Shown: positions 1-15,409 of the stretch, piece by piece
Layout: every line of letters begins with the position of its first letter
Numbering within the stretch: position 1 is the stretch's first letter
DNA from: Octopus vulgaris
Taxonomy: Eukaryota
Direction of reading: 5' to 3'
Length of the DNA stretch: 64,000 nucleotides
Assembly: GCA_951406725.2 (NCBI GenBank)
Contig: OX597816.1
Coordinates: 79,732,001-79,796,000 of the forward strand
Made by a program: the position numbers and the translations under genes
The notes under the pieces: model-generated
What the model was told of the DNA's origin: nothing
What the model saw: the letters and a program-made list of their open reading frames with translations, nothing else
The model's database searches: none

Positions 1-196
1 AACTTTTTCTGTCATGGTCAATGCAACGATCACACGACGCACACCTTTCTTTCTTCCAAACAATTCCGTAAACAGCGCAAGTGCTAGAGCGTTAAAACTT
101 AGTGCACATGCTCATCAGAATTCAAGGTCAATCTGTGCCAAGCAGCTTCACTCTGCATACTATGGTAACAATCCGGATACTTATTGATCAGACCTC

Positions 197-290
<94 letters not shown>

Positions 291-773
291 TTATTTATAC
301 ATATACATATATATATATATATATAATTCCTTAATACTTGCAGGCAAAATCGATGTACATTTTAACAGTAAATAAGTAAAACAAGATATCTGGTGTCTTG
401 TAATAACAGCAGTGTTAAACATTAAATTTTCACATCTTTTTTTTGGTTATTGAATGTGTCCTATCCTGTCAAGGAAAAGAACGCAATACTTTCAGCGTGC
501 TTGACTTAAGAACATGTGAGCTGGTATTGTGCACACAATTGTTTCGCTATTTTATCAAGCAAGTTTGAACTGCAAGACGCTTTTTATCAGTAGAAATAGC
601 AAACGTAAATGCATTTACTATAGGAAACCTTTACAAAATTAAAAGCAACTTTTACACTTTTATCACACTCTTTTATTACAATTGCGAGTCAAGCAGGACA
701 CCTTTTCACAATCGACCAAATTGATAGAAATAGCAGTTAACTATTCCTCAAATCACACTCTTCTGTCTAAAAA

Positions 774-1890
774 GCACTTGAATTATAATTTCAAACTCTT
801 TTTCTTTCAAATTCTAGTAAATAAAATTATATTCCACTTTTTTTTTCACTTTAGATATATCTATATAGATATAGATATTTATATATATTTATATTTACTT
901 TTAAAACTAAAATGCATCAAACACACAAACAAACACCTTTAACCATATGTGCTCGATCAAACTTGGGTGACCTATTGCTAAACAATAGCAACATCAAACT
1001 GTTTGCTGTATCGCATTATGTTACCTATTTACAGCTAAATGGACAAAGTCACTGAGAGTAGAATGTCTTGACTAGGAACGAAATAGCGCCAACTTTTTTG
1101 AAGACTGTTTGATGCTTTATGGAGATACTGTCTTCTGTAGTTCCTTAGCGACATAATGGAATTGAAATAAATGCAACTGCATATCGAAACCGTGCCATGT
1201 ATTTACAGGAAGTTTTTCTTTCTCCTCTCTAAATATTTATTTATTTCTGGTTAAGAAAACTGGATAGCAGTGGCATTTATATCATACCTGATGGTGTCAA
1301 AAATATAAGTGAAATTAAATAGTGTTCGAGTGAGAATCAGAATCGCTTCTCTGTCATCAATGTTAGGTGCTTACCTTCTATTCCAAAGAGTTATTGACGA
1401 CGTCCTATGATAAAAACAGAAGGATTTCTGACCATAAGGGAAGTACATTATTTTCCTTTAATGTGAGAAGAAAGACCTGATTGTGTGATGCTCATTACTT
1501 TTGTAACGGCATTCCCGATGTAAACTTAAATCCACAAGGTATGGAAACCAAGTCGCAGACTTGGCACGGCAGTAGTTTTATCTCCATTCCAATCCATTAT
1601 GTAAAACTATAATATGAAATACAAAAACCATGCAAAGAAAATTTTCAGCGGATTCCTTCTTTCAATTTAATGTAAAAACAACTTTAATAGAACAAACAAC
1701 AAATACAGATTTTTTGAGTGTTTTCAACGCACTTTAATTATAATTTCAAACTCTTTTTCTTTCAAATTCTAGTAAATAAAATTATATTCCATTTTTTTTT
1801 TCACTTTAGATATATTTATATAGATATAGATATTTATATATATTTATATTTACTTTTAAAATTAAAAAGCATCAAACAAACAAACAAACA
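774..1890. repeat. Direct duplication of an approx. 162-bp AT-rich segment (774-935 and 1729-1890)
   Basis: gcactt(g/t)aattataatttcaaactctttttctttcaaattctagtaaataaaattatattcca...catcaaaca occurs twice with few substitutions, about 955 bp apart. Confidence 0.9.
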
Positions 1891-2157
1891 AAGAAAAAAA
1901 TGACTTTAGTTTGTCATCTGACAATCAGTTCAACATCTTCAAATCCTTTCTGCAACAATTCTGCTTAGTAATAATGCTTATTTTTTTTCCTCATTTCTTT
2001 TAAATATAAAACTCCATATCAATATGATTCTGTCTTTTTCTATAACTTTTTGCCACTCAGCCAATTGTTCTGCAATTGATATCTTCATTCTTTCTTTTTT
2101 TTTTAACGTTTCAAAGCTTTAGGAACTTTCAGCTGCCAGTAATTACAGGTATGCTCA

Positions 2158-2206
<49 letters not shown>

Positions 2207-2210
<4 letters not shown>

Positions 2211-2310
2211 GGCCGAGGTCGACTTTGTCTTTCAACCTTTCGGGGTCGAAATAATAAGTGCTAGTTGAGTACTGGGGTCGATGTAATCGACTTATCCCTC
2301 CGAAATTGCT
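2207..2310 (+). mobile_element. SINE family A, truncated copy in (ATT)n
   Basis: gccgaggtcgactttgtctttcaacctttcggggtcga..., shared with at least 8 copies in the window. Confidence 0.75.
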
Positions 2311-3906
2311 TATTATTATTATTATTATTATTATTGATAACATGGGGTTGCCCAAAACTATCTGCGTGTTTAGATTCACCTGTACCACGTCTATTCATTT
2401 CCAAAACGCCATATTTTAACAGCAGTGAAGTCTCCCTCGTAGAACAAATACAGTTATTTGGAATTAGACAATGTTAGTGAAAAGGAAAAGAGTCAATCAT
2501 GTAACCAACAAGGGGACATTCAAAGTGTTCGTTTTATATATACATTCTGTTTATCTGACTGCTTAATAAAGAACTCTGAACAAATATACCAAAGATCCTT
2601 ATGCAGGGATGCTTCTTCTCGGCTATATTCAGAGTAAAATATACTGGAGCAAGTTTCCTTTAACGTCTCAGAGCTGTAGGAGGAATTGAATCATTCACTG
2701 GTGCTGCAAGCTAACGAAACACCCGTCAATTTCTGAGTGTTTCCTTCGTTTATAGTAGTTAGCTGTAATATAGTTTGATCCTCTTTTGCAGTTAACCTGA
2801 CAGGGTCAGTGAGAGTTTCTTAACCATAGGGCCATTATTGTGCTGATTGTGAAACAAATATCCTCATAGTAACAGCCCATTCAAATCTTTCATACGGTGA
2901 TTTCACATATTTCACAACCGACTATAAAGTTATAGTCTTCATTTTAATTCGCTATTATTAAATCATGGAGCCTAACCCAGTTCTCATGAAATTAAGTGGT
3001 TGTGAGATATGTTTAGATAGGATTTTAGATACGACTCTAGTCTATTCTGGGTACTGAGTATCAGGGATTCTCATCACCGTACTTACCAGTAGGTAGCGTG
3101 AAAAACTGATGTGTTAGAAATGGAGTAATTTGGTCAGTGATACACATCAGTGCTCATAAGGAACTCAAAACCTTTAGGTAGTTAGCTCGGCATCTTACAA
3201 TCTTAATCGGGTACATCATAAACTGTTTTATAACAATAATATCAATAATAATGATATTTACAACAATAATGATATTTCAGTTAGGAACGATATTTTAGGA
3301 ATGTAGAGCATCGTTCGTAATAGAATGTCAAGATGCAGGTATTATGTATTTTGCCATCGTGCCTCAGAAGAATAGTGCTTAGGCACAAGGACACATATAT
3401 GTGGTAGATGGAGCGTGTGAAGTGTGACTTGTATGACATTTAAGCCCTTTCCAAAATCTTTTGTGAAGTAAATCAGATGTTTCTAATCGATTTCAATATA
3501 GCTTTCCATAAAACAATACATGGATTTAGAAAAGTGACGTTTTGATTTTCCAAGAGCACTAATAAAGATTTGTGATGACGTTGCTACAGTGAATCGAACG
3601 TTATCTCTAGAACTCATTTCAAAGAAAATATTACATCGCACTGTAACTACATTATAATGAGTGTAATGACTAGCAACAAGGCTGGAAGTAGTAGGGAGAG
3701 GGAGGGAAAGAGGGAGGGGGAGATAGATGATAGAGAGAGAAAGAAAGAGTGGAGGAGAAGTAAGGCCATTTAATTTAATTCCAAATGTATCTGTTACTTA
3801 TTCTCACAACTCCGGACGGATAAAAGGCAAAGCTGTTTTAATATTCAGTTCTTTAATCTAGCTTGTGGTTATGCTTGTTCGAAGGAACAGTCACATACTC
3901 ATATAT

Positions 3907-3939
<33 letters not shown>

Positions 3940-4169
3940 TGATTATATATATATATATATGCATATATATTGATGTATATATATATATGTGTGTATATAT
4001 TTATATATATATGCATATATGTATATATATATATATTTATGCATATATGTATATATATACATACATATATATATATATACATATATACCAGGTGGTGCTA
4101 TTAAGTTAGACATGGCCTGGGCCAATAATGGCCGAAACCTATCAAAATATCAAAGTATATATGCATGTG

Positions 4170-4202
<33 letters not shown>

Positions 4203-4251
4203 GCATGTATATATATACATATATATATATGCATGTATATATATATATGTA

Positions 4252-4299
<48 letters not shown>

Positions 4300-4747
4300 T
4301 GCATAAACCTATTTTCACCAAACCACACGGGCACACAAGAGTTATTCAATCAACAAATAGGGAGTGTTGATGATACTGTTTAACATTTACAGTTTCCCAT
4401 TCACCCTCAACGAGGTTCGTATATCAGCTAATGAGAAGGTCTTGGATTTCTTGAGGTCTTTCTTTGGCAGCAAGCAGCTGATAGCGATTGTTCTTGTTAT
4501 TCATATTTTTTACCATCCTACTTATGGTATCAACACCATAAAAGGAAGATCTTTGGTAATAGACAAAAATTTCCGTGTTTGTGCAATGTTTCCAGCACAT
4601 CTCAGCCTTTGTAAATCTCATTCATCTCCAAGATAATTAATTTGGTCAGGTAAAATGATACGAAGTTACTCAACCAGAATTAGAACTCCTCTTGCTGGTT
4701 CAGTTGATTGACACTAGTAGTTCACTGAAACCTTCTACCGTGTATGC

Positions 4748-4811
<64 letters not shown>

Positions 4812-5125
4812 GTGTGTGTGTGTATGTATGTGTGTATGTATGTATGCTGTGTTTGTGTGTGTATTCATATATATATATATACAAATACATGCATGCATAT
4901 GTATATATATATATATGTGTGTGTGTGTGTATGTGTGTGTGTGTGTGTATGTATGTATGTGTGTGTATACACATACATGCATACATACATACATACATAG
5001 ACACACACATACATATATAAATGTATGTGTGTGCGCGTGTGTGTGTGCGTGCGTATCAATTCTGGCGTATTTAATTACCCTCTCCTACCATGTTGCAAAA
5101 GATGAAGTTTCTCACCGTTAAATTC

Positions 5126-6057
5126 TCACCACCAGCCTGACCTTGGTTGCATGAGTGGATGCGAATAACTCGGCAATACACTCATGCCTACATTAAGATT
5201 CACAGAATTCATACTATAGGAACAATTCATGTTCATTGAAGAAGATGCCAATGTTGACGCCATGTTAGCCATAGAATTCATCGGTGGCATTGAGTTCATC
5301 TGGTTATGAGCAGAAAGACTGTTATTTATGTTAGAACCTACTGTTGCGCCCAAGTTGTGTTGTAACGAGAGCTGATCCTGTGCCTTTACAAGAGATCCGT
5401 TGACCGTCGATTGACACGGTTTTCCATCTCGTACCAACACGGGCACAGCTACACGCCTTGGCGACGGTAGAGGGTTCAGTTCAATGCCTTTCTCTTGACG
5501 GGCCCGCTTCAACTTGTAACGGTGATTTTGAAACCAGATTTTCACTTGAGTCGGCGTGAGGCGAATTATGCTAGCGAGATGCTCACGTTCCGGGGCGGAG
5601 AGGTAGCGTTGCTGGCGGAAGCGACGCTCCAGCTCATAGGTCTGGGCTTTAGAAAACAACACCCGACGTTTGCGCTTTTTCTGAGAATCGCTACCGCCTC
5701 CACCACCACCTCCTCCACTGCTTCCGTTGCTTCCTCCCACTCCTACTCCGCCTGCACCGACTCCTCCTCCCCCCGAATGAAGAACAAAGCTTTCTACCGT
5801 TTTGCTGCAATCAGGATTTGTAATATCCAGTGTAGACGAGTCGTCGTCGCCTAAATTCGAACGGTTACCGAGGGGTATGCTGCTGTTGTTGGAACAGCTG
5901 CTGTTGATACTGCTATTACTGTTGCTGCTGTGGTGCAGAGGATGTGTTCGCTGAAACAATGGTTTTATATCACTTAGTGATACGATGCCTTTAGGGTCGG
6001 GACCTTTATCACTGGGTGAACTGCTAGCGTTGGTTGCGTGTTTCAACAGATCCAAAC
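5126..6057 (-). CDS. NKX2-2: Terminal coding exon of NK2-class homeobox transcription factor, Nkx2.2/vnd ortholog (N-terminal exon(s) not seen)
   Basis: Homeodomain [60 protein letters not shown] (approx. 5677-5498) with the NK2-diagnostic Tyr54. It is followed by the NK2-specific domain [19 protein letters not shown] and a Trp-terminated tail (QPRSGWW*). The ORF-track start is a TTG; the exon starts 2 nt earlier after an AG acceptor (phase 1). Confidence 0.95.
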
Positions 6058-6080
6058 CTACAAAAGAAAAAAAATGGAAC
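6058..6080 (-). other. 3' splice site (polypyrimidine tract + TAG) of the intron preceding the homeobox exon
   Basis: Minus strand reads gttccatttttttttcttttgTAG|GTTTGGATCTG. The reading frame closes at this point. Confidence 0.85.
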
Positions 6081-6082
6081 AG

Positions 6083-6180
<98 letters not shown>

Positions 6181-6295
6181 AGAGTTTACGAAAAAAACAA
6201 AAGATGAAGACAGGTGGTGTACAAAACAAACAGACGTATTAGTATAACGCTCAGGAATAGAAAAAGTCTTTTACGTTTCGAGTCTACGCGCTTCT

Positions 6296-6344
<49 letters not shown>

Positions 6345-6552
6345 GCACACATATAATATGAAAATATACACGTAAAACACCAAAACACCTGTCGAGAGAG
6401 AGAAAGAGAGAGAGAGGGAGAGAGGGGAGAGAGAGCGAATATAAAAACAAATGTGTGTTTTTTTGTGAGTGTGCATCTTTAGATGCACAATTTTGTCTCT
6501 TATAGTCGCGGGTTGAGACTTGGGTGCAGTTGTGTGAATTAAAGCAAAGTCA

Positions 6553-6569
6553 TAATAATAATAATAATG

Positions 6570-6627
<58 letters not shown>

Positions 6628-6644
6628 TAATAATAATAATAATG

Positions 6645-6714
<70 letters not shown>

Positions 6715-6719
6715 TAATA

Positions 6720-6750
<31 letters not shown>

Positions 6751-6752
6751 TG

Positions 6753-6807
<55 letters not shown>

Positions 6808-6828
6808 TGATGATGATGATGATGATGA
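6553..6828. repeat. (TAA)n/(TGA)n microsatellite forming the 3' flank of the Tx1-like fragment
   Basis: Direct reading. Confidence 0.95.
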
Positions 6829-7938
6829 TTTCGTTTATTTGCCACAAGGGTGAACGATGAGGGGCACAATACAAAGACAGATATAAAGTATGGGGTTTTA
6901 CATATAATGAAATGATAAAAAAGGTAAGAAAGTATACACGGTATACACTGAGAAAGAAGGGGCATACGTATAGCATACAAACGTTAAAAAAAATGTAGCG
7001 GCGAGGGTGGTAGAGATGTGGCCCTCCTGATACAGGAAGGCCTCTAGGGATAATCGAAGAAACCCACTGTCCGAGATTTCCCTGAAATCCCAAGAGCAAG
7101 TACTTTCTCCAATTCCCTTTCTCCGACTCACAGGTCTAGACTTAGTGAAGTAACATCTACTCTTGCCATTTTCGCAACTTTCACCCACCTTTCAATAAAC
7201 TCACTGAGGACAGCACCTCCCTCTCCACTCTCAATTTCCTTTTCAAGTGAAACTTGAAGAAGTCAATAAGAGCTCTACCAAAGAGGAATGTATCTGTCCT
7301 CATGCTTTTCAACTTTGTCCACCAAACAACCTCTTTCCCCACAGCCACTAGGCAAAGGAAAACTGCCTTGCCGGCCCAATTGAAGGAGGGCAGCGGTGCG
7401 ATCAACACTACAGACTCGGCCGACAGACGGATCCGTCCCACACGTGACAGTAGCTGTTCGACATATCCCCACAAGTCAGCAATGCCCGGACACTGAACGA
7501 GAGCGTGCATGACGGTTTCGTCACTCTATGCGCACCTCGGATAAGCCCGTCTGACAGCATATCCGTACCTGTAGAGTTTATCTTGAACCGGTAACACTAT
7601 CAGGCCAAGGACGTCTGAAAATTATCCATGATAGTTCTCGATCGGAAAGTCCTCCAGAACAGACTAGCCAGTTCGTTCTCGTCGGCACCCAGAGTCTCCC
7701 TGCGAACGTTGTCGCACTTTCCTGCCACTAATCCTCTATAAATTTCTAAAGTGGAACATCCACCGATTCCATTATCCGATGAGTAGAAGGCTGTGAACGC
7801 CTGACGACATTCTAGGTGCCAGGAGCCCAGTCTTGGTCTTTTCGTCACTCAGGACTGCAGCTCCTTTAAGGAGACGAGCTGCGGAAAAACAAGTCTCACA
7901 AACGGAGCCCACACACGTTCACCGTCCAGAAATCGTGG
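6829..7938 (-). mobile_element. 5'-truncated L1/Tx1-clade LINE (ORF2 C-terminal zf-RVT/CCHC region + 3' UTR), degenerate
   Basis: Minus-strand peptides MDNFQTSLA*..LPVQDKLYRYG..YPRCA*SDETVMHALVQC..LWGYVE (decayed CX2C..H..C knuckle typical of L1/Tx1 ORF2 ends). The 3' UTR ends with AATAAA (6839-6834) followed by (ATC)n(ATT)n. Confidence 0.75.
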
Positions 7939-9467
7939 ACAAACATACAAATATTTAGTGATAAATGAAGGCTCTGGTATTCAGCATGCAAGCATGAAAG
8001 AGAAGATCAGGAAGGAATGTTATAGGAGAGTTCGTGCAGTCCTGAAATCTAAACTAAATGCACGTAACAAGGTGTTAGCTATAAATTCCTTAGCAGTTCC
8101 AGTTGTTACTTATAGCTACAATGTGTTGAACTGGAATATGTGGGAAGTAAAGAATATAGATAGGAAAATACGCAAGCTGCTGAGTTGTAATAGGATGCAC
8201 CACCCAAAGGCAGACGTAGATCGCCTTTACCTCCCCAGAGTCCAAGGAGGTCGAGGCCTGATCCAATTTGAACTAGCTTACAAAACAACCACAATTGGAC
8301 TGGCCAAATATCTTGAAATAACGAATGACTGGATGCTAAAGCTCGTGGAAAATCACGAGAGACGAAAGAAGCTTCATTCTATCATAAAGGAAAGCAAAAA
8401 ATTTGCTATTGATCTCGTGCAGAATACCCAAACTGAACAACCCGAGGGAAGAATGGCAACTATTGTTGCAAAGAAGGTGAACATAATGGTAACGAAAAAA
8501 GCGCATGAGCAATTGGCTGATAGGTGGGAGGAGAAACCTCTGCACGGTAAATATGTGGCCCGTAGCAAACAAGCTGATGTTGACCAGAAGCAAACCCATC
8601 AGTGGCTACGGAGCTCAGTGCTAAAAGCAGAGAGCGAAGGTTTCATCCTGGCTGCTCAAGATCAAAGCCTATTAACCCGGAACTACCAGGCCAATGTGAT
8701 GAAAAATGGAGCAGACCCAAAATGCCGATTCTGCAACGACATGATTGAAACAGTGGACCACCTAATCTCTGGATGTAAAGTCTTAGCACCAGTGGAGTAT
8801 AAATTAAGACATGACAGAGTTGGCCAATATCTCCACTGGCTAACAAGTCGGCATTACAATATCAAAACTGCCGACAAGTGGTATAATCACTACCCTGAAG
8901 CTGTAACTGAAGGAGAAAATGTAACGATTCTGTGGGACTTTCCAGTACATACAGACCGAACCATCAAAGCCAATAAACCGAATATTGTTGTGAAAGACCA
9001 AAACAATAAAGTTTGCTTATTGATCGACATGAGCATCCCCTGTGATCATAATATCTCGGCGAAAGAGTTTGACAAGCTCAGAAAATATAAAGACCTGCTC
9101 ATTGAAATTGAGAAAATGTGGCATCTCAAGGCGGTTACAATACCAGTAATCGTAGGAGTACTAGGAATGATCAAGAAGGGAACCGAAAATGATATGAGAA
9201 TGATCTCTGGCTTACCATCCCTGCAAGAAGTGCAAAAGACTGTCTTAACTGGTACATCACACGTATTGAGAAGAGCATTGTCGATGTGAGAACTATTACT
9301 ACCCATGTATTCTAATTTAACTTAAAAAAAAACAATGAACGAACTAGTGAGTTTAGTTTAATGGCCTACCAATGTATACTATGAGTTTCTTTGCCCTAGG
9401 AGTCGGGAAGACCACTCGGCAAGAAATGGAAGCAAATTTGAAAGAAGAAGAAAAAAAGATAACAGCG
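7939..9467 (+). mobile_element. 5'-truncated R4/Dong-like non-LTR retrotransposon (RT thumb, CCHC knuckle, restriction-like endonuclease)
   Basis: 443-aa ORF 7958-9289 preceded by TYKYL. Contains HPKADVDRLYLPRVQGGRGL, CRFCNDMIETVDHLISGC, RHD, ILWDFPVHTD, KPNIVV..IDMSIP..KLRKY. 3' end runs directly into (TAA)n at 9468-9562, the known Dong target repeat. Confidence 0.9.
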
Positions 9468-9563
<96 letters not shown>

Positions 9564-9949
9564 TAAAGATTGAAAATCATTGCTTGGAATGGCAAGAGTA
9601 CCCCACAGGGTTCTTGAAGCAAGATCAGTAAGCAAGTGTCACCTTAGTCTGCTGATTGTGTACAGCCGATCTTTTCCATCATACCCAACAAAATAAGGCT
9701 GAGAATTTTCATGATATATTTGGCCGTCATTCATAAGCGAGTGTGAGATGGTAGCTTGCACAATGCTTTTCACTAATTGTTTTAGGTGCCTATGTAGATC
9801 CAGTAGAGCATTGCAGATGTGACAGATTGAATAAGAAACACTACTTCAGCGTTAGGCTCGTACACATTTTCAGTGGAGTAAACGGCAACACCGCGAAACA
9901 AAATTACTTGCTGAAAAACATGATTGTTATTCCAATGCTTTAAGCACTA

Positions 9950-12218
<2,269 letters not shown>

Positions 12219-12369
12219 TAAGAAAGTTTGTTTGGTAAAGCACGTGGGTGAATATATAAGAAAATAGTAAAGTGTGAAAAAACGACAGAAGGCTTAAGAA
12301 ATACCAAAAAGGATCAGTAAGGAATTCATTACTAAATCAATTGAATTCATCCTACACAATAACCACTTC

Positions 12370-13619
12370 ATGTTTGACAATACATTTTACCGTCAAAAAT
12401 CCGGAATTGCTATGGGTACAAGGGCAGCACCAGTCATTGCAAACTTAACAATGGGATACATGGAAATAATCATTTACCAGGAATCTCTATCAATCTTTGG
12501 AAACTCCCTCTCTCAATACATAAAAGAGAATTGGAAACGATTCCTAGACGATTGTTTCATTCTCTGGAATGAAAACATAGATAAACTCCAAAAATTTAAA
12601 AACCTATTGAACAGCATAAACCCAAATATACAGTTCACAATGGAATACAACCAAAAGGAGCTCCCGTTCTTGGATATACTAATTAAAAAAATTAACCTTA
12701 AAATAGAAACAGACATTTTTTACAAAGCCACAGACGCCAAACAATACCTTCTTTTAATTCATGCCACCCAAGACACACTAAAACAAACATCCCCTTCAAC
12801 CTTGCAAGAAGGATATGCACAATAGTGTCAGAACAAAATACCAGGAACTTTAGACTGCAAGAACTCAAAAACACCCTAATTGACAGACATTACCCAGCTC
12901 AACTCATAGAGGATGGGATCAGACGTGCAACAGAAATCAACATAGAAACTTTAAGAAAAGTTCAACACAACAACACACCTTCCCCGAAAATACTACCTTA
13001 CATATCTACATACAACCCCAGAAACAAAGAAGCCTTCACCATCATCACCCAGAATTTACCAATACTTCATAAAAACCCAAAATTAAAGGAAATTCTAAAC
13101 ATACACCAAATCATTAAAAGCTACAAACAGCCTAAATCACTTAAAAAGATTCTCACAAAGGCAAAATTGTCTTCTAAAATTACGGACGCAAAAGTAAAAA
13201 AATGTGGTAGATCGAACTGTGCAACATGTCCTAACCTATTGGAAGGATCAGAATTCTTCTTTAAAGAGGGACAGAAATTCAAGATCAAATCTAACTTTAC
13301 TTGTGCCTCTGAAAACATAATTTATGTCATTAAATGCTCGGGCTGCCACCAAGACTACGTGGGTTCCACGGGACTATCACTCAGGCGTAGATGCACACTG
13401 CATCGACAACAGATTGCATTCCCAGAATATAGAATGATACCTTTTAGTGAGCACATTGAGAAATGCGCAAAGCAACTACTGCCACAATTTTTAATCTTCC
13501 CATTTTACCAATGTGCTTTCGGATCATCAACACAAATGAGACTGAACAAGGAAACATTCTTCATTGAAAAGTACAAACCCAGACTCAACCATCCGAACAT
13601 ACTGACACAGAGAAATTAA
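12370..13619 (+). pseudogene. PLE RT/GIY-YIG ORF split by a single 1-bp deletion near 12751-12755
   Basis: Adding one T to cttttaattc joins the two track ORFs: KQYL-LFNSCHPRHTKTNIPFNLARRICTIVSEQ, a typical PLE thumb motif. Confidence 0.85.
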
Positions 13620-13683
13620 CAAGGGAAAGGGAAAAACCATCCGAACATACTGACACAGAGAAATGAACAAGGGAAAAGGGGAA
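13587..13683 (+). repeat. Two approx. 48-bp tandem copies spanning the PLE stop codon
   Basis: aaccatccgaacatactgacacagagaaat(t/g)aacaagggaaa repeated at 13587 and 13635. Confidence 0.9.
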
Positions 13684-13804
13684 AAAAAATTTTAAGCGAT
13701 TATCTCCCTTACACCGGAAGAAATCACTCACTACCTCCCCTTATTTAGAAATCTCCTGAAAATAAATACAACGATAACTCCATGCAATATAAACATAACG
13801 TCAC

Positions 13805-13844
13805 AAGAAATTTGAAAAGCTACACGCGAAACCGGTAATTTCTT
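13805..13844 (+). ncRNA. Minimal type-I hammerhead ribozyme motif in the PLE 3' region (U3:A8 core)
   Basis: AAGAAAT-TTGAAAA-GC tacac GC-GAAA-CCGG-TA-ATTTCTT: perfect 7-bp stem I, 2-bp stem II, palindromic stem III, GUA triplet. Confidence 0.7.
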
Positions 13845-13992
13845 TAAAAATTTTAAAATTATGTCATTTTAAGGAAAGGAAAAAAATTTTTCCAATATTC
13901 TGCAGACATTTTGACACAAATATATATATTTTTTAACATTTAAGCCTTCTGTCGTTTTTTCACACTTTACTATTTTCTTATATATATATATA

Positions 13993-15409
13993 CTAGCATT
14001 ATGATCCGACGTTGCCGGGTCATAGTACTAGTGCATGTATATATGTATATATGTATATATATATGTGTACATATTACATGTACATGTATATATATACATC
14101 TACACATAAAATACAAAATACAAAGTTATATCTTGATATCGCTAGTGATAACAATACTCAAAATATATAACAGACTGGAATTATAGGCCCGTCTCTTGCA
14201 ATTTCGATCAATTGTATCTTTCCTCCCTCTTGTATAGAAGTGTGGCCTACCTTTACTTCTGAGGGGACATTTTTAATTTTTATCCGGGTCGTCCTACATC
14301 CCAGATATAAAGGTGAAAATAAAATATTTCCACTTTGCAAAGTTCGAGTCGAGTACTCCCTTGCACGCTCCGTTGACTCGAACCTTGCTTCTATTGTGGC
14401 GAATTTGCCGCGACTATCTTTCATAGTCGCACCAAGACACTTTTCGATGGTGCTTTCCCCCAGGTGTTCAAATCTTTTTTTTTCTCTACATTGTATACTT
14501 TATAGACAATAATCTTTTCTTTAATTTAATTTTTTATTTCGTTTGTTGGTGTTATCCTAGATTCACCGTCTTTGTCGGTAATCAATCCGAAATAGGTTTG
14601 TATTTCTTCCATTTTAATTTTAATGAGTTCGCGCCCGCCGACGGCTGCAGCGAAATTCATTTTTGGACTTTCTTCTATCGAAGGCATTCTAACAAAAATG
14701 CTTCCGTGTAAACGGTGAAAATATTGTCAATTTCCCCAAACAGGGATACAATTCAATTTTTAAACAATAACCAAAGCTCCTTCTCCCAAAGGGGAAGGGT
14801 TACAGTTTACAATTATTCAACAAATGCAACACAACAACGTTTCCCTTACGAGGAACCAACAAACGTGATAACAATAGTTAAACAGTAATAATAACAACAG
14901 TACGCAGTTGAACCTATAGTCCTTTATGTATAATAGTCCGTCTGGACCATTCCATTTCTGCACGCTAATTTTATTTTCAATTTATTCCCATTCGTGTGAA
15001 ACCACTTATTCAAGCTCAAGTCATTGATGCAATTTTATACCAATTGTTATTTTTACTTTTGTTATGTTACGATTATATTATTCTTTAGTTTGATTTTAAT
15101 TATTACTTACTACATATAATTCAATTGTTATTATTATTTTTATTGTTAAAGTGAAAGCATCTGACATAAAATAGAGAAATGTTTTTGTTTCACTTTTAAC
15201 ACGTAATACTGAAATAGTGGAGAAGATATGATATTGCTATGGGCTCGCTCTAGGCAAGAAGTTGAACATCTTTTTGCCCATGAAACTACATGGAACCTAA
15301 GTAAGGCATGTGTAAAATTTGAATGAAATTGGTGGTGTAGTTCTCAAGTTTTAGGGAAACACACAGACAGACAGACAGACACACATTCTCAGTTTTATTT
15401 ATATAGAGA
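13993..15409 (-). mobile_element. Non-autonomous Helitron carrying a LINE ORF1 fragment
   Basis: Minus strand begins A|TCTCTATATAAATAAAACTGAG..(TCTG)n and ends with hairpin 14001-14023 (atgatccg acgttgc cgggtcat) then CTAG|T. Insertion between A and T. Confidence 0.75.
14158..14840 (-). pseudogene. 5' fragment of an L1/Tx1-type ORF1 (with putative 5' UTR) inside the Helitron
   Basis: ATG at 14687: MPSIEESPKMNFAAAVGG..., then KFATIEARFESTERAREYS..LYLGCRTTRIKIKNVPSEV, resembling the RRM-like region of Tx1 ORF1. Interrupted by frameshifts and stops. Confidence 0.5.

Noticed and set aside
4088-4740. TA-flanked islands with GGCC..GGCCGAAAC and a possible PLE N-terminal remnant on minus
   Set aside because: Hammerhead 5' core is missing and protein similarity is too weak to support by eye.
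5495-5854. 119-aa plus-strand ORF overlapping the homeobox
   Set aside because: Antisense shadow of a GC-rich coding exon.
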